Assembly: GCA_030141605.1 (NCBI GenBank)
Contig: JAQGDQ010000578.1
Coordinates: forward strand, 62,001 to 126,000
Length of the DNA: 64,000 bases
DNA from: Tubiluchus corallicola
Taxonomy: Eukaryota > Animalia > Priapulida
Direction of reading: 5' to 3'
Shown: piece by piece, positions 1 through 14,600 of the stretch
Numbering within the stretch: the first letter of the stretch is position 1
How the letters are laid out: each line of letters starts with the position of its first letter
The notes under the pieces: generated by a model
What the model was told of the DNA's origin: nothing
Databases searched by the model: none
What the model saw: the letters and a program-made list of their open reading frames with translations, nothing else
Made by a program: the position numbers and the translations under genes

Positions 1-239
1 CAAAACTGAAACCTGGCCTATGATCTGAGCCATAGACCATTTGTTAGCTGTAACAGGTTAAAAATAAGGAGCATGTTCACTGGAACAACCAGGCTTAAAC
101 CCTACAAGGAAAAGAACGTCTTTAACATTGTAGTCAATAGAGTACAACAAAATCCAAAACAAGCTGTAGATAGCATATTGTACTGAACACCCCTTTCACG
201 CGAAGTGTAAGTTTCTGTTGAAGCCAAGTTACGCATCTG

Positions 240-455
240 GCTTGTAAAAAGCGGTCGTCTCTCCTCTTTTACTGGTTCAGTTAGTTTAATCCACGTCACG
301 TTAAACGCTACTGCATCATTATTTTTGAATCTACTTCATGTAACTTGCAAATAAAGGTATCATTTTTCTCACATATCATTCTCTTGTTTCGTGAACGGGT
401 GGACCGAACCAACCTGGGTAGTTTAGCCCTTGTGGACGAGGTACCGCCTGCAGTT
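240..455 (+). repeat. Dispersed repeat, direct diverged copy at ~16555-16790
   Basis: Shared blocks TTATTTTTGAATCTACTTCATGTAA.TTGC.AATAAAGGTATC and ACCGAACCAACCTGGGTAGTT. Confidence 0.65.
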
Positions 456-946
456 TATTATCTTTGTGACGCAGTTACTGCAGGGATAAACCAGGAATAG
501 CCTCATTAACTTTTTTTCATTCTTGCACTTGTACATCTTTATCACAAACTTTGCATTTTATCTTATTTATGGTACCATTTAATGTTGCAACATGTTGCAT
601 TATGTAATTATCTTTGCATTGCACTGAGTGGCTTCGCTACCTTCTTTGCTTCTCTCCATTGTGTCACCATATTATCCAGTACTACATGTTTCTGTGTTAG
701 TTCTGTGACAGTTTATGTTATTTGACTTTACATGTATCTCTGTTTGGACTTGTTAAAAATAATTTTTACAGCTCTTCATTCTTATTTTCTTCTTTTATTT
801 TCTAACCTTTACTAACTTTACATTCGCCTTCATCTTCGTTTTTATTTTTACTCACCTGTCTTTTAACGTTACCATTACCTTTATTTTTACCTTTGTGTTT
901 CCTTTACCTTTACCTTTACATTTACTTTGCTTTACCTTTACTTGTC

Positions 947-1525
947 CATGTCTTGCACTGTTTCTTCCACGTGCTTTGCACTTGTCTTGCTTTTGTTCTT
1001 GTTCTTGTTGCTACTCTTAAATCTGTTCTTGTTCTTGTGTTGTTCTTGTTCATGTCTTGCACTGTTTCTTCCACGTGCTTTGCACTTGTCTTGCTTTTGT
1101 TCTTGTTGCTACTCTTAAATCTGTTCTTGTTCTTGTGTTGTTCTTGTTCATGTCTTGCACTGCTTCTTTTACGTGCTTTGTACTTGTCTTGCTTTTGTTC
1201 TTGTTCTTGCTGCCGCTCTTAAATCTGTTCTTGTACTTGTGTTGTTCTTGTTCATGTCTTGCACTGTTTCTTCCACGTGCTTTGTGCTTGTCTTGCTTTT
1301 GTTCTTGCTCTTGTTCTTGCTGCTGCTCTTAAATCTGTTCTTGTTCTTGTGTTGTTCTTGTTCATGTCTTGCACTGCTTCTTCTACGTGCTTTTGTTCTT
1401 GTTCTTGCTGCTACTCTTAAATCTGTTCTTGTTCTTGTGTTGTTCTTGTTCATGTCTTGCACTGCTTCTTCTACGTGCTTTTGTTCTTGTTCTTGCTGCT
1501 ACTTTTAAATCTGTTCTTGTTCTTG
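947..1525. repeat. ~80-105-bp T-rich minisatellite, ~6 copies, followed by low-complexity pyrimidine tract to ~1995
   Basis: CATGTCTTGCACTG...CTCTTAAATCTGTTCTTGTTCTTGTGTTG recurs. Confidence 0.9.
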
Positions 1526-2911
1526 CAATTATTCTTGTCTTATTCTTGTGTTTGAGTTGTCTTCTAATGTTTCTTGTTTGTGTTCCTGTATTTGACTTGT
1601 TTTTTATTCTTATGTTTGTTTTCTTTGTTTTGTCGTCTTCTTATTTTTGTTCTTGTTTTATCCTTGTTCTAGTCTTATTCTTGCTTATTCTTCTCGTTGT
1701 CGTTGTCCACGTTCTGTATCATTGTCACCCTGTTCATTGTCATTCAATGTCATTCAATTGTCTTTCTGTTTAGCTCTTATCTTTACTCTTAGAATTATAA
1801 GCTCTTTGTCTTTGACTCTCCGTCTCTATCTATCTCTTTTTCCGTCTCTATAGTTGTCTCAATCTCTTTCTCCATCTCCATCTTCATCTTTATCTTCATC
1901 TTCTTCATATCTATCTCCTTCTCTTTCTCTATCTCTATCTCTATCTTTATCTCTCTATCCATGTCCATGTCCCTATCCATATTCTATCCCTATCTGTAGC
2001 TCCTAGAATTGTTTCAGTTGCGCTTTGAAGATGTAATTATATTACATTGAAGACAGACAGACGTCCATTACCCACCAATTCTCATTAATTTTCTACTGTT
2101 TAGTCTCTCAAGTAATTAATCAATTATTACCATAATCTGTACTTCATCTTTCGACATTGCTTGCATTCTTTTCTCAACTATGCCTTCATTTTTTGCATTT
2201 TTAACCACGATTGTTCTTAGAAAGTTAAAGAATTGTTATTTAACGTTGCACGTAAGCAACATTCAATTCATTATCTTACACAAGAACATGCTTACAGCCA
2301 TTCTAACTTAACCAGGGAAAAACAGCTATCTTTAAACGAGCAGGTAAGTTTAGACGCTGCGAACATTTCCGTGATTAGTTCTTAGGAAAAAATGTAAATA
2401 CGTTGCAGCCTTTTACCTTATACAAAGCAGCACTTTGCTTTCCAGCTATGACGTCATTTCTAAATGGTCGTTTCGATCTGTTTTGCACAACTTGCCTAGC
2501 GAAAAGGAGTTGTTGCAAAATTGCTTTCTGATAAAAACGCATCTATAAAAGAGGAATTAACCTTTCTGCGATCGCAGAATGTCGTTCCACGAGAATTCTT
2601 CCTTCTTTCCCTTCTTCAAATTTATACTTCCTTAATAAGCCCATTTTGGTGCATTTTTCTCCCGTTTTCTTCACGTTTTCAAGTTTTCTTTTATCCTTTC
2701 TCTTCAAGGTTTTTTCCTTTACTTCTGCATTCTTCTTTTCTTTTGTTTTCCCTTTCTGCATTTACTTCTCCTATTTCATCGTCATTCACTAGTTTTTCAG
2801 GATTTCAAATTTTCGTCTTCACAAACATTTTTATTCGTTTCACTTCACCTATTAATTTTCATTTTAGGTCTTTGCTTTTACAGCTTATACTTGGATGTCT
2901 GCTGACACTTT

Positions 2912-3517
2912 GCCTTGCCTTACCTTTCCTTACCTTGACTTGCCTTGCCTTGCATTACCTTACCTTACCTTACCTTACCTTACCTTACCTTACCTTACCT
3001 TACCTTACCTTGCATTACCTTACCTTACCTTACCTTACCTTACCTTACCTTACCTTACCTTACCTCACCTTACCTTACCTTACCTTCCCTAACCTTACCT
3101 TATCTTACCTTACCTTACCTTACCTTACCTTACCTTACCTTACCTTATCTTACCTTACCTTACCTTACCTTACCTTACCTTACCTTACCTTACCTTACCT
3201 TACCTTACCTTACCTTACCTTACCTTACCTTACCTTACCTTACCTTACCTTACCTTACCTTACCTTACCTTACCTTACCTTACCTTACCTTACCTTACCT
3301 TACCTTACCTTACCTTACCTTACCTTACCTTACCTTACCTTACCTTACCTTACCTTGCCTTACCTTACCTTACCTTACCTTACCTTACCTTACCTTACCT
3401 TACCTTACCTTACCTTACCTTACCTTACCTTACCTTACCTTACCTTACCTTACCTTACCTTACCTTACCTTACCTTACCTTACCTTACCTTATCTTACCT
3501 TACCTTACCTTACCTTA
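2912..3517. repeat. (TACCT)n pentanucleotide microsatellite
   Basis: Directly visible. Confidence 0.98.
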
Positions 3518-3799
3518 ACCTTAGCTTTCGTTATTGTTCTTCTTGCTCTAACCTCTGGATAAGTTTTAAATTTCGTACTATTAGAAAATTAAAAGCGGCC
3601 TACTATTTTCCTGCCGAGGAAGTTTCTTGCATTTCGTAGGGACACCACGACATTTATAAAAGTAACAAGCATATCCTTGCGGTCAGTTTGTTTTGAAGTC
3701 ACAGTTCATTTATTTATTTTCTATTTTATTTCTCGTTTGTGTTAGTAGATGAAAATTACCATAAGAACAGTAATTGAAACTTAACTAAAAAGCACTATT

Positions 3800-4510
3800 T
3801 AAAAATAGTACTTCAAGACAAATATAATTGCTATTTACGAAAAGGATACAGAATTAATATGCTAAACATTTAAAAAGTGGATATTCCCAATGCGCATAAA
3901 TATTCCAGGTTAAAATGAAATATTAAATATAAATATCCCACAAATATAATTTATTTGTCTGTTAAAACTCTTAAAGTGAAAGAAATATATGACATGTATT
4001 GTCTTCATTTCATGTATCAATATCATAATTCGCTACTTCCACCAGCTTTTCAGTCATATTTTAGTCTCAGTTTCAAATCAACAGGATCATTACACAAGAT
4101 ATTCAGTCGGAAACTATGTACTCCATCTTCCAAAAACAAATATAATGAAACAGTCATCAAAATATAATGCTATTAAAATGGTCATCAATTCCGCGTGAAA
4201 TGAAAACTCTTAATCTTTATCAGTTTAAAATAGCATCAAAGAATTACCTACTACAACGGTATAATTAACTCACAATTTTACTCATCCTGATCTTAAGTTA
4301 CTAACAAAACTTATTTTGTTCTAATGTACATTATAACTGATGAAAATACTAATTGTAATGTTAATGTTATTTGTTCCACTTATCTGGAGGAGGACTCGAA
4401 AGCTCAATGCTCCTTCCTCCTCCTCACAGTAACTCGCATAGTTTATTTATTTTTTTTTCAATGTAATATCAATTTGTATGTATGTTTGTGTTGCTGTGGA
4501 ATAAATACAT
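3800..4510 (+). mobile_element. Decayed 3' fragment of a CR1/L2(Crack)-like LINE
   Basis: Frameshifted LKVKEIYDMYCLHFMYQYHNSLLPPAFQSYF...HYTR...LPKTN..KQSSKYNAIK is typical of an L2/Crack ORF2 C-terminus; followed by a UTR ending in AATAAA. Confidence 0.7.
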
Positions 4511-5589
4511 AATTCAACTTGAAAATGAGTGTTAAAAGCAAAACTGCGTGTGACGTCATTACTTGATTTTAAAACCTGTTGACGAAGGCTTAATTTTTTT
4601 ACTTGCAATCACCTTAAAATGATTACAGCCATTCTCTGCACATATTATAAATGTCGTGGTGCCCCAACGGAAAGCAAAAAAAACTTCGTCAATGCAAACT
4701 AGTAGGCAGCTTTTAATTCTCTACTAGTACCAAGGTTAGAACAGTAAAAAGATAAATACTAATATTTAAACAGCACAAGTTTGATATCAACAGAACGAAA
4801 ACTAAAATTTCTGCAAAGAATGTTAGATCTTATGTAAAACAGGTGCATTTGATTTAAAAATAAATTAGCATCATCTTTACAATTATCATTAATTATGCAG
4901 GCCAAGGCATTTTACTTCGTGTTCAAGTTCAAGAAATTCTCCTTGCAAGGTTACGTTAGCAAAACTAACATTTCTAAATGCATTTGAAATAAAATATACA
5001 GTTTTCTTTTACGAAGCCTTAAGTATATTATCACTGAATTCATCATATTCTTCACAGCAATCACCTAAATTTTGTAGAGCCTGTGTAGAAGGAGCTATAA
5101 AGCATAGGTTCACCCAGCAATTAAGCTCAGTAAATGACAAGTAATTAACAGTTGTACCTCCTGAAAGACAAAGCGCAGACCTCACAGTTTATACCTTTTT
5201 TCAAAAAATGATCAATATGTAATGAAAACAACGGGGGTGAGAGGACACCATCTTGAGGAGCGCCATTACCTACAAAAACGTGCTGGAGAAAAATTCGTTT
5301 CATTTCTGGAACGTTCAGCTCACTTGAACATGTTCTATTCTCCTTTATATTTCATTTTCTGGCTCTTTATCGTCTGTTTTTCTTTTTTTGTCCTTTCTGG
5401 ACCGATTTACTGTTCTTTACTTTTCTTTTGACTTTTATCGCAAAACTTGTTATGTATTTTGTACAATTGTCCTGTTCTTTCGTACAATTGTTCAGAAATG
5501 AAATGCGCATGTGCGTGACAAATGTCCTATAAGGAGCAGTAAAGGCCCCACTATAAGATGGTATAATACTAAAATACTATTATACTATA

Positions 5590-7913
5590 AGGGGTAAAAA
5601 TTTCAGGGTCTAAAAGATTGCTTTCTTGTTCTTCAGCTATGTATATATCAGATCGTTACGATTACAAAATATTAACATTTAAATCGTTTGCCCATTAGGT
5701 CACTAAGAGGCCTGCTTAACACCAATTCACAAAATCTTCGTCCAATTCTTTAACGCAAAAAATGAATTTTGTATTTTGCTTTATTGCTTTATTTTGATAA
5801 TATTATACAATTTTAACTTCCTGTTTTTTCTCTCTATGCACTTTATGGTACCTGGAAATTCTATCAAAGCCATACTTCAACAGCCAGATAACGACAATAT
5901 AATGACATGATGATATTGTTTTGCGGGGCGAAAATTCAATTTGCTTCCCGTAAATTTATAAAATTTATCAATGGCGAACTTCCAATTCAATTTAATGACC
6001 ATAAAAACCTGTTATGTTCTACTGCGTTTGTTTTATTTCGTTCATTAATCTCATCATTGCAGACATGTCCTACAGAATGTCTGACTGATTCATGACTAGG
6101 ATATTACTGTGGCTTATGCTACCATCCTCACTAACTTTACAGGTGCTACAAAAGTTTAAATAACTACAAACGTTTAAGAAACGATAAACGTTGTAGCGCT
6201 TGACCACAAACGTAAAAAAGCTAAACCTTTCAAACTGTCAAACGATGACTTGTCATAAAATTAATGCAACACCTAATATTTTACAATGTTTTTGCCGTTG
6301 CCATATGTCGCAAGTTTGTAAGGCTTACTTAGGTTTTTCGTCGAATTTCCATTGTTCGTATTTAGTTTATAAATGCCAGAATTCCTTACAGTTCTGTCCT
6401 AACTGCTGAGAAATTTCGTGTAACCCATGTGGTTACCGACAAACTCGACTTTGCATGACTTCGGTTGTTAAGCACATAACCTGAGCACTGAGCATTTCCC
6501 CTCATCCTCAATAAATGTTCGTCGTCATAATTTGCTAACAATAACAAGCCTTATAAGAACACCCATGAATGTTACAATTTTACCACGGAAATGTTGTAAT
6601 AACGCCGAGCTGCCAACCTTTATTAGCTTTGTGCCACTTTGCTTGGTGTCAAACTTTGCTACACTGTTGTCAAACATTGATAGCCCGCGTTATTCTTCGC
6701 AAGCTTGGCATCACACTTTGGTAGAATGATGTCAGACTTTGCTAGCCTGACATTACACTTTGCTATACTGGTGTCAAACTTTGCTAGATTGGCGTCAGAC
6801 TTTGCTAGACTGATGTCACACTCTACTATACTGGTATCAAACTTTGATAGCCCGACGTTACACTTTGCTAGATTGGCATTGCACTTTGTTAGAATGGTTT
6901 CAAACTTTGCTAGACTGGCGTCAAACTTTACTAGACTGGCGTCAAACTTTGCCAGACTGGCGTCAAACTTTGCTAGACTGGCGTCAAACTTTGCTAGACT
7001 GGCGTCAAACTTTACTAGACTGGTTTCAAACTTTGCTAGACTGGCGTCAAACTTTACTAGACTGGCGTCAAACTTTGCCAGACTGGCGTCAAACTTTGCC
7101 AGACTAGCATCAAACTTTACTAGACTGGCGTCAAACTTTGCTAGACTGGTGTCAAGCTTTGCTAGACTGGCGTCAAACATTGCTAAGCTGGTGTCAAGCT
7201 TTGCAAGACTGGTTTCAAACTTCGATAGATTGGTGTCAGTCTTTGCTAGCCTGGCATCACACTTTGATAGACTGGTCTGAAACTTTGCTAGACTGCCATC
7301 AACCTTTGCTAGCCTGACGTCACGCTTTTCTAGCTTGGCATCAAAATTTTGCTAGACTGGCATCAAACTTTGCTAGACTGGCGTCAAACTTTGCTAGACT
7401 GGCGTCAAACTTGCTAAACTGGTGTCAAACTTTGCTAGACTGCCATCAAACTTTGCTAGCCTGACGTCACGCTTTTCTAGCTTGGCATCAAACTTTGCTA
7501 GACTGGCGTCAAACTTTGCTAGACTGGCGTCAAACTTGCTAAACTGGTGTCAAACTTTGCTAGACTGCCATCAAACTTTGCTAGCCTGACGTCACGCTTT
7601 GCTAGCTTGGCATCAAACTTTGCAAGACTGATGTCAATCTTTGCTAGGTTAGTGTCAAACATTGCTTGACTAATGTCAAAGATATTACATAATTATATCA
7701 AAATAAAGCAATAAAGCAAAATACAAAATTTATTTTTTGTGCCAACGAATTGCAATATAGGACCAAGATTGTGTGTATTGGTGTTAAGCAGGCCTCTTAG
7801 TGACCAAATGGGAAAACTATTTAAATGTTAATATTTTGTAATCGTAACAAACTGATACATACATAGCTGAAGAAAAAGAAAGCAATCTTTTAGTGCTTGA
7901 AATTTTTAGCCCT
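5590..7913. mobile_element. Long-TIR (foldback-type) element carrying an internal 21-bp satellite
   Basis: ~220-bp inverted repeats at ~5590-5805 and ~7690-7913, flanked by TATA on both sides. Confidence 0.85.
6640..7680. repeat. 21-bp minisatellite (GTCAAACTTTGCTAGACTGGC)n, roughly 45-50 units
   Basis: Direct periodicity; it generates the spurious heptad ORFs 6659-7180 and 6705-7280. Confidence 0.93.
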
Positions 7914-8911
7914 TATAGTCTTATCGTATTTTATCCGATGTCAAACTTTGCTAGAGTAGTGTCAGATTTTGAAATGATATTAACCTGATACACTGTGTAC
8001 GACTGTTTTCTATTCCGTGCTAGGGAAAAACACCTAATAATCTAATAACAAAATCATAACACGGAAAACAGCAACGTCATCGCATCCATCATCAGCACCA
8101 GCGTCACCATCGCCGTCATCATCAGTAGCGAAAAACGTTGCCGCGCTGATAGCAATTCTAAGCAAAACTGCATGGCCTTGTTGCTAGGTAACCGAGAGAC
8201 CTGACAGCGTCTTTTCAAGTGTGAAAATGTAAAGTGCAAATTATTTCACGCGTTTCAGTTGAAATTCATTAAATCAGTGTGAAATTGCATAAAATTGATC
8301 CAAATTAGACAGTTATATTTTGAAGTATGATGCGTGGGTGGTATGACAAGGCAAATCACGTAATAATAATAAACAGTAAACAGGAAAAAACAACAAAACT
8401 GGTTTCCTGTCCAACCGAACTGGCAACAGTACAAACGGGTGTGCATTTTATGAAAGATTCTGCTACAATTTTGCAACAATCTTTCTGTTACACATTGACC
8501 TGAAAAAAGGAGAAAACTGCAAAGAAAAAGGAGAATAAAAAGGAAAAACAAAAAAGATGAAAAAATAAAGAAAATGATAACAGAAAAAAGAAAATAAATG
8601 CAAAGAAGGTGAAGAAGAAAGGAAAAAAGCAATAGTGATAGCGACTAGTAAAATCAGAAAGAAACTATAAATATCTATAAATAGACCAGAAATGGGACAT
8701 GCAGTATACATTCAAATATTAACATTATTAAACATAACTTACCTACAGATTCTTACAGGAGATTGTGCAATACAGCACGTGGTGAAGTCTAATATAGTCA
8801 ACGTTTTGTCACTCAGTTAAATATGTGGTGTACTTACAGACTTTGACAAATAAAAACATGAAAGTACTCAATGCAAAGACCAATTTGGATAACTGTTTAT
8901 TATTATTATTA

Positions 8912-9580
8912 AATGATGATGATCATGACGATGATAATGATAACGATAACGATAACGATAATGATGACGATAACAATAATGTAAATTATAATGATGACGA
9001 TGATGAAAATGATGATGATAATGATAATGATAATGATAATGATAATGATAATGATAATGATAATGATAATGATAATGATAATGATAATGATAATGATAAT
9101 GATAATGATAATGATAATGATAATGATAATGATAATGATAATGATAATGATAATGATAATGATAATGATAATGATAATGATAATGATAATGATAATGATA
9201 ATGATAATGATAATGATAACAATAACAATAATGTAAATTATAATGATGACGACGATGAAAATGATGATGATGATAATGATAATGATGATGATAACGATCA
9301 TGTTAATGATAATGATAATGACGATGATAATGATAATGATAATGATAATGATAGTGATAGTGATAGTGATAGTGATAGTGATAGTGATAGTGGTAGTGAT
9401 AGTGATAGTGATAGTGATAGTGATAGTAATAGTGATAAAGATAACGTTAACGATAATGATAACGATAACAACAACGACAACGATAATGATGAGAATGATA
9501 ACGATATAATGATAATATAACGATAGCGATGACGATGACGAGGGCGATAATGACAATGACAACGACTAATGACAATGATA
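8912..9580. repeat. (GATAAT)n/(GATAGT)n compound microsatellite
   Basis: Directly visible. Confidence 0.97.
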
Positions 9581-9863
9581 CTGATAATGTTGTCACGGAC
9601 TATTGAGAAGACGCTTTTGGGTCGTCACTGCAAGTGTAATAGCTCTAATAATTCTACAGCTCCAATTCCTCGAAACTGAAAATAGTTTTATAAGCGTGGC
9701 AGATTGATTGAATCTTAGTTTTATGTTCTGCACTCTAGAGATTAGAAGCAAAATGAAACGATTTCAGGCGCTTCCATTTGAGTCTTACTCAAAAAATCAT
9801 ATATCAATAAAATTTTATGGCCGTCGAAATGCTTCTCCTCGTTTTATTACGGACAAATGCTTG

Positions 9864-9959
9864 ACAAATTACAGTCAATGAGTACCACTGATGGTAGAAA
9901 ACTTGTACTAACAAATTACAGTCAATGAGTACCACTGATGGTAGAAAACTTGTACTAAC
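9864..9959. repeat. 47-bp exact tandem duplication
   Basis: ACAAATTACAGTCAATGAGTACCACTGATGGTAGAAAACTTGTACTA x2. Confidence 0.9.
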
Positions 9960-12539
9960 TTCGATGAAACTATTTCTTTTTTAGCTGTGATTAGAAGTAA
10001 TATTAGCTTCTGTATAATTCAATAATAAGTGCATCCCAGAATGATAAAATTCTCAGCAACAATAATGTCTAAACTGGATAGCACATCAGAGTCACGAGGC
10101 AAAGCTGGTGGTAAGATATTATATACTGACGCATGTATGGTGAGGATGGTGATATGACACATTTGAGCAAATCCGGAACCATTATGGCGGAAAAGTAGTA
10201 TAGCTGTTGATTGAGCACATGCATCCAACAAAGACCACATGATCACATCCACATGATCACAATGATGTCCAGCAAAATACTAACAAAGTCAGTCTTACGT
10301 GGCTACGGCATTGTAGATCCTCAGCCTTGCCGCGAACAAGTTTGTACATTTCCAGGTGACTATCTGCGCCTAAAATTGAACCAGCCCTAAAAAATTTTCC
10401 CCAAAGCCAATTCGCGGGGAGAGGAAAGTTTCCTGGGATGCGTACTGATTTAGAAAAAAGGCATTTATGCACAAATTAATTCCCACAAATCGGGATTTTT
10501 AACGCTTATCCTACTCGCCTATTTGGTTTTGCTGTGACAAAGACTGCGTGTAGGAGTTTGCTTGACGCTACGAAACAAAAATGCTTTCTTTGCTACTGTA
10601 TCATAAATATAGTCCAGCTCAACGACCAAAATGTCCTCAGCTTCCTACATAGACAGGAGAATGCGATAATGCGTCATACGCCCATTCATTACTAATGATT
10701 ATATGAGGACAAGTAATTGACAGTGGGATAGTCTCAGAACAAGAGCGGAAACGCTAACTCACAAATTAGCTCAATCAATTGAACAAAAGCTAATTGGACA
10801 GAGATCTCAACCTCAGTGCATTTACATGTATACCGGTGACGTCACACTCTGCAAAGAAGAATTGTGTTATAAGAAGACCAATGTGTGTGTGGTTTCGTTC
10901 AAGAAATTTGCTGTAACGGCAGGTTCACGTTACCTATGGTTAGACTCAGAAATCAGTGATCTTGAACTATGAGAGTAAATCATTGGCTGACTGTAATCAA
11001 TTTAGAAAAAAACGGATTTTAGGGGTAAAAATGTTGAGTACTGTATTTCAAGTTTTTAACACAAAGCGTCAACTGCCTGACACAAATTTAGAAAAAAACG
11101 GACGCATTTTAGATACAGCAGTAAAAATATTAAGTACTGTATTCTAAGTTTTTTAACGCAAGGGTCAATTGCACGACACAAATACTCAGCACTCAATTTA
11201 AGAAAGCAAGTCGACGGCCCAATTCTTGAAGCAAACAGAGATTATAACACATAGCTGTTTATATATAAATATATCAGCAATACCCACCCACCTTTTAAAA
11301 ACAATTGTCTGGCTCTTCTTCGAAGTAAACAAAAGAACTAACAATAGAGCACAAATTAGCACTAATAATAAATACTAGCAAAGGGCCCTAAAAAAATTGT
11401 GCACGTAAACCCACGACAACCCACACCACATCAACCCACAACCACCCTACCCCTGCTGCTGCCGAAAATGATGATGACGACAATCAGAGTGATGATATCA
11501 GCACTTCAACAAAGATAACAGCCTAGTGAAACTGTGCAAAATATTTTTCACATTATCGAAACTGTGTGAAAAGTCAAATGCTATTAGACATTTCCACTGA
11601 TTATCATTAATGCACAAACATTCTACATAGTGTTTGCAAACTGCTCCTTCTGATCTGAATAGGCTAACATTATAGCACTTACATCATAACAGCCAGCAAA
11701 AGCTTAATGAACTAAGTAAAAGTGTGGGCAGATTACAATGGAAAGACGTCAGAACAACGAAAACGTTACTGTAGCTTCTAAGCGAGAATCGCCCAAAATG
11801 GAAGTTCTAATCAACTCGTCGCCACTTTTCTTTGTTGAGGCCACCTCAAATGCGAGCCACATTGCCTCTTAGCCCCATTCATCCTCTTTCCAAGGAGCTA
11901 TTATAACTCCTTCCAAGAGCCCCGCTAGGCGCCGCAACAACGCTTTTTCTACTGGCTGTTCCGTCAAAATTTCGAAAAAAATCCGGGAGCCCCTTCTATT
12001 TGAATAATGTAATTTTGGTAACAGTGCAGATTCAAATTTAATTAGTTTAGTGATGGTATTTGATACAATCCTTTTCACTTCTTAATTCTAAAGATTCTAG
12101 CTCTATGTTTAGCAGATCTGAGACTCATGCGCTCTTGCCATTTTCGTGTCTCAGCAGATATTTTGAAATGACACAACTGACACTTCCATTCTAGTATGCT
12201 AAGAATACTGGAATAATAATAGTAACATAGTATAACATGAGTTGGTATCTTACAGCATATTTCAGAGAACCGTTTATGTAATTATCTATGTGTTGAATGT
12301 ATTCTGACTACAGTATGGCGCTTAATAAATTGGCCAAGAATACCATTGGTACCTACAGTTTAATTATAGATGATAACTTCGATTATCATTAATTTAATTT
12401 AATGTTGTTATATTAAATGTTAAAAGTAACAATACCGGTACGATCCTCCAGTTGTCTAGTTTTTTACCTCAAACTTTGGATTTGCTGGACTAGAGATTGC
12501 TACAATTTCGCATAACCAAGTTTACTTTAAGGGATTTAA

Positions 12540-13210
12540 AGGATAAGAAAAGTTAAGAAAAGATAAGAAAGGGGCACTTGAAGTATTTTTTAGAAAAATC
12601 GCCTTGAAAAATTACGTTACTTTATAGCAATTTTATGCATATATCGTACTCGCATTGAAAGAAATTTTTGTTTGTTTTCATTTTAAACTTTCCGCGACAT
12701 TGTTCCGAAGGCGCCATTACATGACGTCACTACGCAAACGTAAATCATGGGAAGAAAGGGAAATGTTAAATTATGTCCTAAAAAACTTTCCATGCAAAGT
12801 TGTGTTACATAGCATTTCGCTTACCTGCTAGAAAAACTTATGTAACTAGACTAATAATTTAAAATGTTTGTTGCAATTGCTAAAATGTCGCTGACTCACC
12901 AGGGTGCACCACTCACTAACCAAAAACGTATTTTTAGTCTTATTGACAAGGTACGGTAATTTTAAATTTTATTTAGTTAGTGACGTGTGTGCTACGAATG
13001 CTCTGATTTATTTTTCAAACTTTACAAAACTTATTTTAACTTGTTTCAAATGGCTGCGTCTAACGGTCATCGCGGGAGTTTTAACTTACATGTTTTATGT
13101 AGCGTTACTGCCGACGCAAGTCTAATATGCCAAAAGGCAGTACGTAAGCAGTATGAAATTTCAAGACGAAATTGTTAAGCTTTATGTAAGGTGAGGGTTT
13201 TCTTGTGCGT
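12540..13210 (+). mobile_element. Dispersed DNA-element family C (Kolobok-like TTAA|AGGATAAGAAAAG end)
   Basis: Similar to 13920-14250, 49802-50470 (direct), 51920-52530 and 60790-61375 (inverted). Confidence 0.75.
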
Positions 13211-13919
13211 TTTTATGCTTATTGAAATACCCACTTGTACACCTAGGAAAGGCGTGACCTTTAATAGATTGCAAACCTGCGTAATTAGCAAATTAATTGA
13301 CTTTTTAGTCTATTTATTATGATTTATGAAGCGAAATGATTAATTTCGAGAAAGTGTTAATGTTGCGTGTAGGAAAAAACTGCGCATCGTTTATTTTTTA
13401 TTACTGCGCAGATGCCTAATATGTATGATTGTGAACATTCACTTTGCTCGATGAAGCCAAAGATTACTGTTAGTGACATCTGGCGTTGATTCTTGCAATT
13501 AGTGACTATTGAATTTATGCCGGCCTTTGTAGTGCCGCATTAACTCTTGCAAAAATTTATGCCAAACAAATTGCACCACTTCCTGTCGGATAGAAACACA
13601 AGTAGAATAAATCTTCACACTTCTGTTTTGAGGTTCTGGAGGCATAGTTTATTCAGCTAAAAAAAGATTTATTATCGCCATTTTAGAAACACATGCCCAG
13701 CGACAACAACAGCAGTGCCATCTGGTTTCATACCAGCGTCGCTGTGAACAATAAGCAAATTACACTTTGAACTGAAAAATATGGAACTGGAACTGACGAA
13801 AAGGAACGGGAAGTATGTCCCAAAAATTTTCCAGACAAAATTATATTACTTGGTATTACTATTAATCCTAAATGCTTAAGACTAAAAAAAGAAATGTTTT
13901 GGTAATTTAAAGTGTTTGC

Positions 13920-14250
13920 GCCAAACTGCAAAATGTCACTGACTCACCTTCCCAGGGTGCACCACTGATTCACCAAAAACGATTCTAATCTCATTGACAA
14001 GATACAGTCATTTATGCTTTTGCTTAGATAGCGAAGAGTGCGCTATGAACGCTCTGATTATTTTTTCAAACTTTACACGATGTTATGTAAACTTGTTTCA
14101 AACGTTTTGCAGCCTAGTTTTCATCGCGGGAGTTGCTTTTTTTTAGTTTTATACAGCGTTGCTGTTAATGCAAGCTCTGTGCGCAATAAGGCAGAATGCA
14201 GGAGATACAAAATATCAAGACGATTTTTTGTAGTTTTATATAAGTAAATG
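13920..14250 (+). mobile_element. Family C partial, diverged copy
   Basis: Shares GACTCACC..CCAGGGTGCACCACT and GCTCTGATTATTTTTTCAAACTTTACA blocks with 12880-13200. Confidence 0.65.
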
Positions 14251-14459
14251 ATTCTCCTGTGAATCACGAGTTATCATAGTATAAATTCAGAATTACCAGT
14301 CGAAATTAATTATTATATGATATCAACTGAATGTTTGTTGAAAATTCGTTCAAAACGTTTGAATTTATTGGTGTTATTTAAAACTTAAAAAAGGAAAAGG
14401 AAAAAAGAAAAAAGAAGAATTAAGAAGAAGAAACGCAAGAGTAAAAAAAGAACGAAGTG

Positions 14460-14512
14460 GTAGTAATGATGATGATGTTGATGACGACGACGACGACGAC
14501 GATGACGATGAC

Positions 14513-14545
<33 letters not shown>

Positions 14546-14600
14546 GGTGGTGGTGATGACGACGACGACGACGACGACGATGATGATGATGATGAAGGTG
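14460..14600. repeat. Compound (GAT)/(GAC)/(GGT) microsatellite inside A-rich low-complexity DNA
   Basis: Directly visible. Confidence 0.95.

Noticed and set aside
2521-3639. 372-aa ORF with (LTLPY)n
   Set aside because: Translation of the (TACCT)n microsatellite, which lacks stops on this strand.
6659-7280. Heptad-repeat ORFs (FDASLAK)n / (LASNFAR)n resembling coiled coils
   Set aside because: Product of a 21-bp minisatellite inside a TIR element; the frame breaks at indels further along the array.
8825-9562. Poly-DN / poly-I ORFs (and similar ones at 14.4, 16.3, 19, 20.5, 40.6 and 47.4 kb)
   Set aside because: Microsatellite translations.
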